Shown: positions 44,042 to 53,878 of the stretch, one piece after another
How positions within the stretch are numbered: position 1 is the first letter of the stretch
Layout: each line of letters starts with the position of its first letter
DNA from: a virus
Taxonomy: Duplodnaviria > Caudoviricetes
Virus record (IMG/VR): IMGVR_UViG_3300025718_000006
Coordinates: 1,916-65,915 of that record
Length of the DNA: 64,000 nt
Reading direction: 5' to 3' (one strand)
Program-made: the position numbers and the translations under genes
The notes under the pieces: model-generated
What the model was told of the DNA's origin: nothing
The model's input: only the letters and a program-made list of their open reading frames with translations
Databases searched by the model: none

Positions 44042-45094
44042 ATGGAATATATTAAAGAAATCAATATCAATGAAGCGATAATTCATGTATTAGATAATAA
44101 CTCAGATGAACCGATACTTAACGAATATGCTTTAGATTTAGATGAAACAAAATATAATCTCCTATTGAAATTAATTAAGAAATGTTTAAAAGATGAAAAA
44201 TTAAGGTATGCAGCTTACAAAGGTCCAGATAGATACGGTTATATGGAGAACACTGTTAAAACTAACGCTGAACATTATCTAAATGGTGAATGTAATTTGT
44301 TAGTTGCTTCTAAAAAACTTGCTGAGTATCTATTCAACATAATGAAAATCAATAATGATATACCTTCATGTGACTTTATAACTGTATCATTTTCTACAGA
44401 GCTCGGGCCTATGCTTGGAATATTTAAAATGGATTATATTGAAAACTTTACTCACTCAATAAGGATATTAGATAACAAAATGAGTGTTGACATAGTTCCT
44501 CAAATTGCTTGTTTATCCGGTGGGAGCCAAAAGGTTCAAAAGTGTGCATTTATAAAAGCATACAGAGCTGAGAACAGTTTCGATTTAATGGTTATTGATA
44601 ACCAGGGCAAAAACAAAGTTGATGAAGAATATGGAGCTAGATATTTTACAGACAATTTTTTGACTTGTGATTTAGTAAATAATGAAAGAGATATGACTAA
44701 AAGTTTTATAGCTGCTACTGAAAATTTTGCTCGTAACAATTTCAGAGAAGATGCTTCAAAGCAAGAAATGTTCAGGAAAGATGTAAAAAGGCAGTTAGAA
44801 GAAAAAGATAATATTGATATTAAGAAATTTGCTGAAACTATATTTGAAGATGATGAAGAAATGGAAAATTTCGTTGACAACATGGAAAAATATGATGTAC
44901 CTGGAATTGTAACGGTCGATAAAGAGTATGTTGACAAGAAGCTCAGAAGGACTAGGCTACAAATAGATTGCGGTATAGACATTTATATCGACAAAGAAAC
45001 TTACGAGGATCGTAGCATGTTTGAGGTACAAAGAAATGGTGATGGAACAATTAATATGATAATTAAAAATATTAGCAACTATGTAGAGAAATAA
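44042..45094 (+). CDS. Nucleoid-associated protein (NdpA/YejK-like, clostridial type)
   Basis: MEYIKEININEAIIHVLDNNSDEPILNEY...GIFKMDY...KVQKCAFIK...YF...FL.C...TK.F. Confidence 0.75.
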   Translation: MEYIKEININEAIIHVLDNNSDEPILNEYALDLDETKYNLLLKLIKKCLKDEKLRYAAYKGPDRYGYMENTVKTNAEHYLNGECNLLVASKKLAEYLFNIMKINNDIPSCDFITVSFSTELGPMLGIFKMDYIENFTHSIRILDNKMSVDIVPQIACLSGGSQKVQKCAFIKAYRAENSFDLMVIDNQGKNKVDEEYGARYFTDNFLTCDLVNNERDMTKSFIAATENFARNNFREDASKQEMFRKDVKRQLEEKDNIDIKKFAETIFEDDEEMENFVDNMEKYDVPGIVTVDKEYVDKKLRRTRLQIDCGIDIYIDKETYEDRSMFEVQRNGDGTINMIIKNISNYVEK

Positions 45095-45390
45095 TGGACA
45101 AGAAAATATATAAGTCGGTTAGTGAAAAGGCAGAAGGAAAATGTGGTGTATGTGGTGGATATTTTGGTGAAAGGTTAGAACTCCACCATATACTCAGAAG
45201 GAAAGTTCCAGTTACAGTTGACAACTCTATAATGCTATGTGCTTCATGCCATAGGTTAGACCAAGGAGTCCATGGAAGAGACGGACACGAGTTAGATATT
45301 AAACTCAAATTACAAGTGCAAAACTGTTATTTTGAAATTGGTAAAACTGAAACAGAAACAAGGGAATTAATGGGAGGGAGATTATATTGA
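45094..45390 (+). CDS. Small HNH endonuclease
   Basis: CGVCG...LELHHI...N.IMLC..CH....GVH. Confidence 0.8.
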   Translation: MDKKIYKSVSEKAEGKCGVCGGYFGERLELHHILRRKVPVTVDNSIMLCASCHRLDQGVHGRDGHELDIKLKLQVQNCYFEIGKTETETRELMGGRLY

Positions 45391-45614
45391 ATGAAAAAGC
45401 TTTAATAATATTAATAATTGCATTGGTTGTATTCTGCAGCTTGGTAATAATGAAACTTAATATGGCAATTAAAGAAATAGAAATAGCCAGGGTAAGAATT
45501 ATAACTTCTACAGATAAATTAAATAAGGTAAAAGATGAAGTAATCAAAGAGTTTAAGTATGAGGTTAAAAAAGAAATGTTTAATCTTGCGTTACTGAATA
45601 TAAGGGTTAAGTGA
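45387..45614 (+). CDS. Small membrane protein
   Basis: N-terminal TM helix. Confidence 0.55.
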   Translation: MNEKALIILIIALVVFCSLVIMKLNMAIKEIEIARVRIITSTDKLNKVKDEVIKEFKYEVKKEMFNLALLNIRVK

Positions 45615-45685
45615 TAATTATGGAGCCTGAAAAGGCTTCTCTAGGATGGAGATATAGACAATTAAAGTTCATAGGGGAGGGGAAA

Positions 45686-46069
45686 ATGATTAATTTAATT
45701 ATTGAGGGGCGACCTATTACTAAAAAAAATAGCCAAAGAATACTTAAAAACTTTAAAACAGGTAGAAGATTTATTGCTCCAAGCGAAAACTTTATTAACT
45801 ATCAAGAAATGAGCTTATATAAGCTTAATAGCCAATATTATGGTGAAGCGGTAGAAATACCCGTCAATGTTAAATGTCTTTACTACATGCCAACTAGAGG
45901 GCTTGTAGACTTAACTAATTTAATGGAAAGCACTCACGATATTCTTGTTAAGGCTAAAATACTTAGCGATGATAATTCAAAAATAATAATTAGTGTAGAT
46001 GGTTCCAGAGTTCTATATGATAAGAAAAATCCTAGGGTGGAAATTGAAATAACTGAGGTAGTTGTATGA
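45686..46069 (+). CDS. rusA: RusA-family Holliday junction resolvase
   Basis: G.PITKKNS, DLTNL..S..DIL.....L.DDN, YDK.NPRVEI. Confidence 0.85.
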   Translation: MINLIIEGRPITKKNSQRILKNFKTGRRFIAPSENFINYQEMSLYKLNSQYYGEAVEIPVNVKCLYYMPTRGLVDLTNLMESTHDILVKAKILSDDNSKIIISVDGSRVLYDKKNPRVEIEITEVVV

Positions 46070-46263
46070 TACCTAAGGGAAGTATGGCTATTATAGTTGA
46101 AGAACTTGCTAGAATAAAATTTATGCAACATTGCAGAATATTAGATACAACCATCGAAATAGAATTAAGAAAATCATTCGGAACTGAAAGAATAAGCAAA
46201 GTTGGAATCGATAGAATAGTTAAAGAATTTGCTAAAAATATGGGGGCGAAGGATGAAAGCTAA
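46066..46263 (+). CDS. Hypothetical protein
   Basis: 65 aa, coupled. Confidence 0.5.
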   Translation: MIPKGSMAIIVEELARIKFMQHCRILDTTIEIELRKSFGTERISKVGIDRIVKEFAKNMGAKDES

Positions 46264-46727
46264 TAAAATTAATTTAGATGGAAAATGCGATACTTGCAAA
46301 ACTTATATACCTTATATGAAATTAAGTAAAAGCGGTGAAATGTACGCGCAATGCTCTGGAAGATGTTCAAAACTTAATATAGGTACTAAACGAACTTGTA
46401 AATGCACAAATTTCTACGAAAGAGCAGAAATATGAGGGCGATAATTATTTTGATTATAGGCATGGCAATGGGTGCCTGGGGATCACATATTGTTCGCAGT
46501 GAAACTGAATATGTGGATGATGATTACAATGAATACTAAAGCTTAATGAAGCAATTAAAAATAAGGATTGGGCAAAACTTGCAATGTTAACAAGTAAAGA
46601 TATTGAGAAAACAAAAGCAAAAGAACGTCTCAAAGAAGATAAAGCGTTTAAAACTTATCTAACTAACAGAAGCAAGGAAAGAAGGAAAGCCAGGGCCACC
46701 GGACACAATAAAGACTAGGGGGAAATT

Positions 46728-46991
46728 ATGAAAGACTACATTGAAGAAAGAGTAAAAGAAACTGCTGATTTTATAATTAAAAATAACTGTACGATAAGAG
46801 CTGCGGCTAAAAAGTTTGGAGTATCTAAAAGTACAGTACATAAAGATATAGTCCAGAGACTAGAAGAAATCAATCCTAAACAAGCGAAAGTAATTAGAGA
46901 CATATTAGAACTCAATAAAGAAATAAGAGCAGTGCATGGCGGTGAAGCTACTAGAATACTATACTATAATTTAAGACAAGTGAAGTTATAG
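46728..46991 (+). CDS. spoIIID: SpoIIID-like sporulation transcription factor
   Basis: MKDYIEERV...A.FII....TIR.AAK.FGVSKSTVHKD...RL..INP...R..HGGEAT. Confidence 0.92.
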   Translation: MKDYIEERVKETADFIIKNNCTIRAAAKKFGVSKSTVHKDIVQRLEEINPKQAKVIRDILELNKEIRAVHGGEATRILYYNLRQVKL

Positions 46992-46992
46992 G

Positions 46993-47415
46993 ATGAATAA
47001 AAATAAAATTAAATATCTATTATCGAATAAAGTCTATATTATAGCAGAAATTGAGGACCTGCAGCTACAAATTAATGAGTTAGAAAGTCGTGAGAGTGTA
47101 TCTATACAAGGCGTGAGTTATGAAGAGAGAACACAAAGTAGCACGATAAGCAATACTACAGAGCAACAAGCAATCTCTAATATGAGCAAAACTATGGACC
47201 TGAAAGAAGAACAATTAACTCTAGTTACACAATTAAAAAGATTAAATAGAGGAATGGAAGTCCTGGAAGAAATAGAATTTAAAATACTAACCGAAAAATT
47301 TATTGATAATTGTAAATGGGAAACTGTTATTAAGAAACATAGAAAAGAAACCAAATATAATATAAAGTACTTGGCAGATAGAGCAATTTTAAAATTGAGC
47401 AAGGTTATGAAGTAG
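46993..47415 (+). CDS. ArpU/RinA-like late transcriptional activator
   Basis: GVSYEE.......S..TEQQA...RGMEVLEE.E..IL..KF.....W pattern at the end of the early region. Confidence 0.65.
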   Translation: MNKNKIKYLLSNKVYIIAEIEDLQLQINELESRESVSIQGVSYEERTQSSTISNTTEQQAISNMSKTMDLKEEQLTLVTQLKRLNRGMEVLEEIEFKILTEKFIDNCKWETVIKKHRKETKYNIKYLADRAILKLSKVMK

Positions 47416-47440
47416 GGTGCTGGGAGGTATCCTTTTTTTA
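47414..47440 (+). terminator. Intrinsic terminator
   Basis: AGGGTGCT/GGTATCCT plus T-run. Confidence 0.6.
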
Positions 47441-47507
47441 TTTATTTTGGAAAAACGCTTGTAAAGTTAAGATAAATGGTGTACACTTATACAAAGAGGT
47501 GATAACA

Positions 47508-47672
47508 ATGGATAATATATTAACTATGAAAGAATTATGTGAAAAACTAAAATTTAGCAGAGTAACAATTTCTAATTGGAGAAAACAAGGGATGCCATGT
47601 ATTAAAATAAATAGAGCTATTCGGTTCGATGAAGAGAAGGTGATGAAATGGATAAATGAGCAAAAAAAATAA
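47508..47672 (+). CDS. Small MerR/excisionase-like HTH protein (54 aa)
   Basis: LTMKELCEKLKFSRVTISNWRKQGMP.IKI.RAIRFD...V..W; not in the track. Confidence 0.75.
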   Translation: MDNILTMKELCEKLKFSRVTISNWRKQGMPCIKINRAIRFDEEKVMKWINEQKK

Positions 47673-48006
47673 ACCTATGTTTTCGGCATAGGCAAGGGGC
47701 TTGTGAATAATAATATGCCTTAATTATATCACGACTTCCCTAAGTATGATAGGGGGTACGCCAAAATGAGGTTAAAGAAACGATAATCAGCAAAGAAATT
47801 AAAATAGATAAAATGGATTTTACAAATATGGTAGCTGATTGTTTTGAGGGTTTGAAGTCTGATAAAGATATTAATATAAGGGCAAGAGAAATGATACAAC
47901 ATATCGAAATATATACGATAAAAGTAAAGGAATATTTGAAACATGGTATTTTATAATCTCATTTAATGATGGTTGGAGAACATACAAAAGAAAGGGAGGG
48001 TTAAGA

Positions 48007-48252
48007 ATGACCAAAATAGAATTGCAAGAATCAATTAAACATTTAACTAAAGTAATTGTTAAAATGCAACATGAAATAGAACAACTAAAAGAAGAACATG
48101 CACACTTGCATAATTTTGAATATTCTTTAGAAATTATGAAACAAGAATTAAATAATAAATACACCTCGGCAGAAATACAATATGCTTTTAGAGCTAGCAT
48201 TGAAGCGATGGAAATATTAATTAAGAGAAAATCAAAACACAAGGAGGACTAA
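48007..48252 (+). CDS. Hypothetical coiled-coil protein
   Basis: GGGAGGG RBS; 81 aa. Confidence 0.55.
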   Translation: MTKIELQESIKHLTKVIVKMQHEIEQLKEEHAHLHNFEYSLEIMKQELNNKYTSAEIQYAFRASIEAMEILIKRKSKHKED

Positions 48253-48255
48253 TAA

Positions 48256-48444
48256 ATGGAACATTATATAGAAATGATAAAGCAAACTGTAAAGGCTATA
48301 AATAAAAATATAAGAGAAGATAGGCTTAAATTAGAAGCAACCACCGAAGCGAGACAGTTGGAAATAAATAGATTAGAAGCTATACAATGGGAAATGGAAA
48401 AAGAAATAATTGACAATAAAGACAAACAAATTAGCATCGTATAA
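48256..48444 (+). CDS. Hypothetical protein
   Basis: GGAGG RBS; 62 aa. Confidence 0.55.
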   Translation: MEHYIEMIKQTVKAINKNIREDRLKLEATTEARQLEINRLEAIQWEMEKEIIDNKDKQISIV

Positions 48445-48495
48445 GCCACCGCAGACACTTTAAAGAATGAAAAGTACAATAGGGAGGGTTAAGAA

Positions 48496-48684
48496 ATGAA
48501 GTACAAGGAACACTGTAAAAAACTAGCTTGCCAATTATCAATATGTGACAATGCTATATTTGAATTATTAAAACTTTTAGATAACAAATTGAAAGTAAAT
48601 TCCCTTACAAGCGATGAATTAAAAATGGTAGAAGAGATAAGTAAAACGAGAAAAGAAATAATGCCGTTAATAATGGAGGGTTAA
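48496..48684 (+). CDS. Hypothetical protein
   Basis: Upstream GGGAGGGTTAAGAAATG resembles the leader of 48007. Confidence 0.55.
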   Translation: MKYKEHCKKLACQLSICDNAIFELLKLLDNKLKVNSLTSDELKMVEEISKTRKEIMPLIMEG

Positions 48685-48686
48685 AC

Positions 48687-49082
48687 ATGAATGATTGCTG
48701 CAAAGATAGAGATAACTTTTTCACATTACCAGGAACACAATTTTATAATTTAAACGGACGCATCATAAAATTCACGTGTAAATGCAAAGTCTGCGGTAAG
48801 AATGAAAGATGGGCTTATGTTGAATCAATAGATAAATGGAAAAGAATCAATATAGGTAGATATAAAAAGAAACCTGAACTATTCCATAAATTTGTGGTTA
48901 TAAAGGCAGAAGATGCAGCAGAATGTTTAAGCTATGAAGAAAGAATACAATTTTCTGGCATATTTGAAAAGATTGAAAAGTATAGAAAGAAATGTGGTAA
49001 GGACATGAATGAATATTTAGTAGTTAATCGTGATGAAAAGTATGCGGCAGAAGTTGAAAAAATGATATTGGGCGGTGAATAG
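48687..49082 (+). CDS. Two-part protein: Cys-rich N-terminus plus conserved phage C-terminal domain
   Basis: CKVC; KFVVIKAED...R...GK..NEYLVVNRDE.YA.EV. Confidence 0.65.
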   Translation: MNDCCKDRDNFFTLPGTQFYNLNGRIIKFTCKCKVCGKNERWAYVESIDKWKRINIGRYKKKPELFHKFVVIKAEDAAECLSYEERIQFSGIFEKIEKYRKKCGKDMNEYLVVNRDEKYAAEVEKMILGGE

Positions 49083-49265
49083 ATGTTAGAAGCAAGAATC
49101 AGTTATATAAATGGTAGGACACATATTGTAGAAGCAGGTAATATAGAAACACTTAAAAGCAAGTGTAAGCCTTTTATTGAAGATAGAAAGGTATATGACA
49201 TATGGGTGGTTAAAATAGAGGGCATCGGGTGGCTTAAAAGTGAATTGTCACCAGAACTACTATGA
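49083..49265 (+). CDS. Hypothetical protein
   Basis: 60 aa, coupled. Confidence 0.5.
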   Translation: MLEARISYINGRTHIVEAGNIETLKSKCKPFIEDRKVYDIWVVKIEGIGWLKSELSPELL

Positions 49266-49486
49266 ACGAAACTGAGAGAATAAAATTATTAAGGATTGAA
49301 AGATTAGTTGATGATTTAGATGGTGAAATAAAAACGATAAAAGTTGATTATAAGAAGTTGGAACATGAAAAAGATTACTGGAAAGAATGTTATGAAATTG
49401 CTATAGGACATCTAAAAGAAATCGAAAAAAAATACTTTATAGAGCATACAGAAGGGTTTTTATATAAAGATGGAATTAAGGGGTGA
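49262..49486 (+). CDS. Hypothetical protein
   Basis: 74 aa, coupled. Confidence 0.5.
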   Translation: MNETERIKLLRIERLVDDLDGEIKTIKVDYKKLEHEKDYWKECYEIAIGHLKEIEKKYFIEHTEGFLYKDGIKG

Positions 49487-49490
49487 TTGA

Positions 49491-49820
49491 ATGTATGAAG
49501 CAAATATAATAGCAAAACAATTAATTGAAAATAAAGAGCTGCGTGACGAAAACGAAATATTAAAAAATGAATTACTTCTGGAAAAAGAAACAAAGGAAAT
49601 GAGTATAAATTCTTTAATGAAAGCTTTCAGGAAATTGCAGGCAAAAGAAAAACTCCATATAAAAATAATAATGGAGCTAACTACAGTGATTGAAAAAGAT
49701 TTATTACCTTCTTTAAAATTATTATATAGTTGTGGTGGTGAAAGTCATTCGCCAGAAGAAACTAACGAGCTATTAAAGGAACATGATAAAATAGTAAAGT
49801 TTGCTAAAAAGATTAATTAG
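49491..49820 (+). CDS. Hypothetical coiled-coil protein
   Basis: 109 aa; GGGGTG RBS. Confidence 0.55.
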   Translation: MYEANIIAKQLIENKELRDENEILKNELLLEKETKEMSINSLMKAFRKLQAKEKLHIKIIMELTTVIEKDLLPSLKLLYSCGGESHSPEETNELLKEHDKIVKFAKKIN

Positions 49821-50117
49821 CATACGGAATCTGATAATAATGCGTAACAAAATAGGAGGAATTTTTATGGGATGGAAAGCAGAAGCAAAAGAATGTGAAC
49901 ATCAATATTATGGTTGGTATTGCAGTGATGCGAAAGAAAAAGGATTTGAGCCATTAAGTTATAGTGAGTGGCAAAAATCTGATTGTCCAAAAAAATTTAT
50001 AAAAAGTTAGTTTCGCACTTCAAAAATATCAGGCAACGAGTGGTTAATGCCATTTTGGAAAATACCACATAAATTAAGAGAGAAGATAAAACCTTTCTTT
50101 TTTTATTTAAAATATAT

Positions 50118-50158
50118 TTCAACATAGGGTTGTTTTACTCAACGTTAAGGCATATAAT
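50118..50158 (+). promoter_or_regulatory. Early promoter with operator
   Basis: TTCAAC ATAGG GTTGTT (50118-50134); TTGTTT-17 bp-TATAAT, spacer carrying TCAACGTTAAGGCA as at the cro promoter. Confidence 0.7.
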
Positions 50159-50204
50159 AAGAATATAAACAAATTGCAGAAAATAAATTCTGAGGGGGAT
50201 TTAC

Positions 50205-50663
50205 ATGAAGTATCTTAAAAATATTAAAACTATTGAAGAGTTGAAAACAGAATATAGAAGGTTAGCTTTCTTACATCATCCAGACAAGGGCGGCAGCTTA
50301 GAAGCTATGCAGACATTAAACGGCGAGTATGATATGTTACTTAAAACATTAAAGAGTACTGCAAACGTAGATTATAACGAATTTGAGTATGCTGAGAACT
50401 TTAAGGAAGTAATAGAAGAATTAATAAAATGCGCTGGACTTGAAATTGAAATTTGCGGTTCATGGATATGGTTAACTGGTAATACTAAACCTTATACCAA
50501 TATTTTTAAAGAATTAGGATTTAGATGGAGAAAGAAAAAAATAGCTTGGAGCTTGGGAGATTCGGCAAAGAAACATTATAAAGAGTTGTCAATGGATAAG
50601 ATCAGGGAGTTACATGGTAGTCAATTATTAAAGGGAAATGGTAGGACTGCAATAGCATCATAA
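50205..50663 (+). CDS. J-domain (DnaJ-like) protein
   Basis: ELKTEYRRLAFLHHPDKGG (HPD motif) plus a C-terminal GSWIW..G.T....FKELGFRW domain. Confidence 0.82.
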   Translation: MKYLKNIKTIEELKTEYRRLAFLHHPDKGGSLEAMQTLNGEYDMLLKTLKSTANVDYNEFEYAENFKEVIEELIKCAGLEIEICGSWIWLTGNTKPYTNIFKELGFRWRKKKIAWSLGDSAKKHYKELSMDKIRELHGSQLLKGNGRTAIAS

Positions 50664-50925
50664 TAAATAAGGTTGGCAGTAAACCTCAAACTGTCACTAA
50701 ATAAAAGGGGTGTTAATATGAATAAGAATTTATTGAATGATGATATGCTATATAAATGTACTGCTTTGATTGAAAGAGGGTACAATGCGGACTATATTAA
50801 AGAACTATATGAAATAGATGATGTTGACCAGGTGAATGAGCATATCACAATAGAATTAACATTTATAGGAGCAATTTAGAGACTTAGAAATAAGTTTCTT
50901 TTTTTCTGCGAATTTCTGCAAAGAT

Positions 50926-50942
50926 TTTAACGTTATGTTGAA
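50926..50942. promoter_or_regulatory. Dispersed operator copy
   Basis: TTTAAC GTTAT GTTGAA, followed by TGTGATATAAT. Confidence 0.6.
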
Positions 50943-51061
50943 AAAGTGTGATATAATTTAGTTATGTAAATATATTCAAATCCCCCTTTGAATGAAAGGC
51001 ACCGGCTTTAACTAGTTGGTGCTTATTTTAATGTGTGGGAAATGTATAAGGCGGTTATTGA

Positions 51062-51244
51062 ATGAATAAAGAAAATGAATGTTGTATAGGCACAGGAAAT
51101 ATAAGTTATGAGCCTGTTAAGTGTGGACCAACACTGGATTATGTTGAACAATTCTATATGAACAGAGAAGAAATAAAAAGATTAATTGAAGAAAATGAGA
51201 AATTAAAGGTAGCATTATTAAATGTTAGCTTAAAATTGAGATAA
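51062..51244 (+). CDS. Hypothetical protein
   Basis: 60 aa before terS. Confidence 0.45.
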   Translation: MNKENECCIGTGNISYEPVKCGPTLDYVEQFYMNREEIKRLIEENEKLKVALLNVSLKLR

Positions 51245-51328
51245 ATGAAGCCACCAGAGAGACACAGAGAGCTTTAAACAATGTGAGTGGTGTGATTGTA
51301 CCTATAGAATATAAGGGAGGTTAGTCCA

Positions 51329-51769
51329 TTGGGTAAAAGTAAATGGGAATCAGTAAAAGAAAAGTTACCATTAATAGAATCGTGGTGTCGCGATGGACTA
51401 ATCGAAATTGAAATATGTAAAAGATTAGGTGTTAGTGTTAAAACATTTAATGTATATAAATTAGCACACAGTGAGTTAGGTGAGACCTTAAAAAGAGGTA
51501 AAGAGGTAATAGACTATGAGGTAGAACAAAAGCTACTTAAAAGAGCTATGGGATATGACTATGATGAAGTAACAAAAGAAAATGTGTTTGATGCTGAAAC
51601 TAAGTCTAGCAGTTTAGAGGTTACAAAGATTGTTAGAAAGCATGTGTTGCCAGATACCACCGCACAAATATTTTGGTTGAAGAATCGCAAGCCTAAACAA
51701 TGGCGAGATAAACAGGAGATTGATCTTAATGCTACTGTAAATAAGAAATTAGAAGACTACATTGAGTAG
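51329..51769 (+). CDS. terS: Terminase small subunit
   Basis: HTH N-terminus; LLKRAMGY, PDTTAQIFWLKNRKP..WRDKQE; directly upstream of terL. Confidence 0.85.
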   Translation: MGKSKWESVKEKLPLIESWCRDGLIEIEICKRLGVSVKTFNVYKLAHSELGETLKRGKEVIDYEVEQKLLKRAMGYDYDEVTKENVFDAETKSSSLEVTKIVRKHVLPDTTAQIFWLKNRKPKQWRDKQEIDLNATVNKKLEDYIE

Positions 51770-53627
51770 TATAAAAGCTATAGACATTATAAAGAAACGC
51801 CAGGAGTTATGGAATAAAGAATTTAATATAGATAAGGATAAAGACTTTATAAATTCTATAGCTGAGTATCTAATAAGTGATAAGGGTGAGGATCTAAGAA
51901 AAGAAATACATTCTAATCCTGAATACCTGGTTGAAATGTGTTTTGTAATAGTTAATAAAGAGCAAGACACAATACCATTTTTTATTAATTCTGTACAATG
52001 GGAACTGGTTAATAAACTTAATGAAGCTAAAAAAGATTTTGATAATGGCAAGAGATTGCAGCTTAATTTTTTAGTACTGAAAGGTAGGCAACAAGGCCTA
52101 ACTAGTATTATAACCGCTTACCAATTAGCATGTAGTATTACTCAAAGAAACTTCGCAGGTTTTACGTTAGCTGACGAGAAAGATAATACAGAAGCAATAT
52201 TTACAGACAAAGCAAAGTTTCCCTATGATGCGTTGCCAGAACAGTTAAGGCCACGTGAGAAATTTAACAATAGAAGAGAACTTCATTTTGAAAACATTAA
52301 TAGTAGATGGAGAGTTGCCACCGCAGGTAGTAAAAACGTAGGTAGATCCAAAACGTTAAACTTTTTTCATGGTAGTGAATCGGCTTTCTGGGGTAATCTT
52401 AAAAAGATATTAACCGGACTAAAGCCAGCACTTACTAAGAATAGTATTAAGATACTTGAAAGTACTGCAAATGGTATTAATGAGTTTTGTGAGCTATGGG
52501 AAGAAGACAACAATTGGGAATGCTTATTTTATGAGTGGTGGAAAACACCAGAGTACTTTGAGAACTTTGAGAGTGACTACAAAGAAGAAAGATTTAAGTC
52601 TAGGGTATTAGAGAGTACAGAGAATACAGATGCAGCCACAGAACGCTGGGCATACTACCGCTGCAAATGGTTATTAGAAAACATACACCTACAATGGAAT
52701 CAGCTCTATTGGTATTATAATCAATGGAAAGATTTCAGGGGTGATATTAAACAAGAGTATCCATGCTCTGCAGATGAAGCGTTCATTGCATCCGGCTTAT
52801 GTATATTTGATAAAGAAAAGATCGTATTAAGAAAAACAGTACTAAAGAATAAATATGAGAAGAATCCTTATAAGTTAGGCTATTTCACATTTGAATGGGA
52901 TAATGCAGCAACTAAGAATAAGATTATTGATAAAAGTATTAAGTTTACTGAGGATCAGAACGGATTTATAAGATTATATGAAGATGTAAAGCCCGGTTAT
53001 CCTTATGTTGTAGGTGGAGACACTAAAGGCGAAGGATCAGATTTCTTTACGTCTACAGTAATTAATAACGTTACTGGTAATAGGTGCTTAACGTTGCATG
53101 GTTACATTGAATCAGACCAGTATGCACACCAGATGTATTGCATAGGAACATACTTTAATATTGCTCTAATAGCTATAGAATCTAACTTCAATACTTATCC
53201 GTTAGAAGAGTTAAAGCGGTTAGGTTATCATCATCAGTACATAAGGAAGAAATACGATAGCATAAGTGGAGAGTATCAACGTAAGTATGGTTTTAAAACA
53301 GATGGTAATACAAGACCATTGATTATAGATAGAGAAATTGTAATCATAAGAGACAATATTGATTGTATTAATGATATAGGATTTCTTAATGAATGTTTGA
53401 CCTTTATTAATAAAGAGGGTAGACCAGATGCGGAATCCGGAAAGCATGATGATATTATATTCAGTGATATGATTGCAGAAGAAGCAAGAGTTCAACAAGT
53501 TAAATCTATTAAGATGGATAAAGATACTTCGTTCTTGGATAAATTACCACCTGACTTAGTTCAAGATTTATTAGATGATCCGAAAGCAATGGCAGCTTAT
53601 ATTGCTAAAAATAATATAGTCCAATAG
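51762..53627 (+). CDS. terL: Terminase large subunit
   Basis: LKGRQQGLTS (Walker A), FHGSESAFW (Walker B), ESTANG, nuclease GGDT...SDF and HDD. Confidence 0.93.
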   Translation: MSSIKAIDIIKKRQELWNKEFNIDKDKDFINSIAEYLISDKGEDLRKEIHSNPEYLVEMCFVIVNKEQDTIPFFINSVQWELVNKLNEAKKDFDNGKRLQLNFLVLKGRQQGLTSIITAYQLACSITQRNFAGFTLADEKDNTEAIFTDKAKFPYDALPEQLRPREKFNNRRELHFENINSRWRVATAGSKNVGRSKTLNFFHGSESAFWGNLKKILTGLKPALTKNSIKILESTANGINEFCELWEEDNNWECLFYEWWKTPEYFENFESDYKEERFKSRVLESTENTDAATERWAYYRCKWLLENIHLQWNQLYWYYNQWKDFRGDIKQEYPCSADEAFIASGLCIFDKEKIVLRKTVLKNKYEKNPYKLGYFTFEWDNAATKNKIIDKSIKFTEDQNGFIRLYEDVKPGYPYVVGGDTKGEGSDFFTSTVINNVTGNRCLTLHGYIESDQYAHQMYCIGTYFNIALIAIESNFNTYPLEELKRLGYHHQYIRKKYDSISGEYQRKYGFKTDGNTRPLIIDREIVIIRDNIDCINDIGFLNECLTFINKEGRPDAESGKHDDIIFSDMIAEEARVQQVKSIKMDKDTSFLDKLPPDLVQDLLDDPKAMAAYIAKNNIVQ

Positions 53628-53878
53628 TTCAACGTTAAGAGAAAAATAATATACAAAATATGTAACCATACAATATAATTTTTGTTATATTGAATGGTTT
53701 TTATACGTTATTATAACAAATATTACTAATTTAAGAATGAGTTGTTTTCAACGTTCTGTGACATACGCTCACCATCCGGACACAATATGAATATAATAAT
53801 AGTGTATAAAGGTATGATTTAATGTATATTCTCAATTAGAAAGTGTAATTTAAAATAAAATTTAAGGAGTGGATAGCA

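Noticed and set aside
47508-47672. Excisionase-like HTH as evidence of integration
   Set aside because: No integrase or att-like repeat is visible; such HTH proteins are often simple regulators.
17592-50942. Dispersed palindrome as a LexA/SOS (Cheo) box
   Set aside because: The Firmicute SOS box is GAAC-N4-GTTC; the motif here is (C/T)AAC-N5-GTT with different half-sites and spacing.
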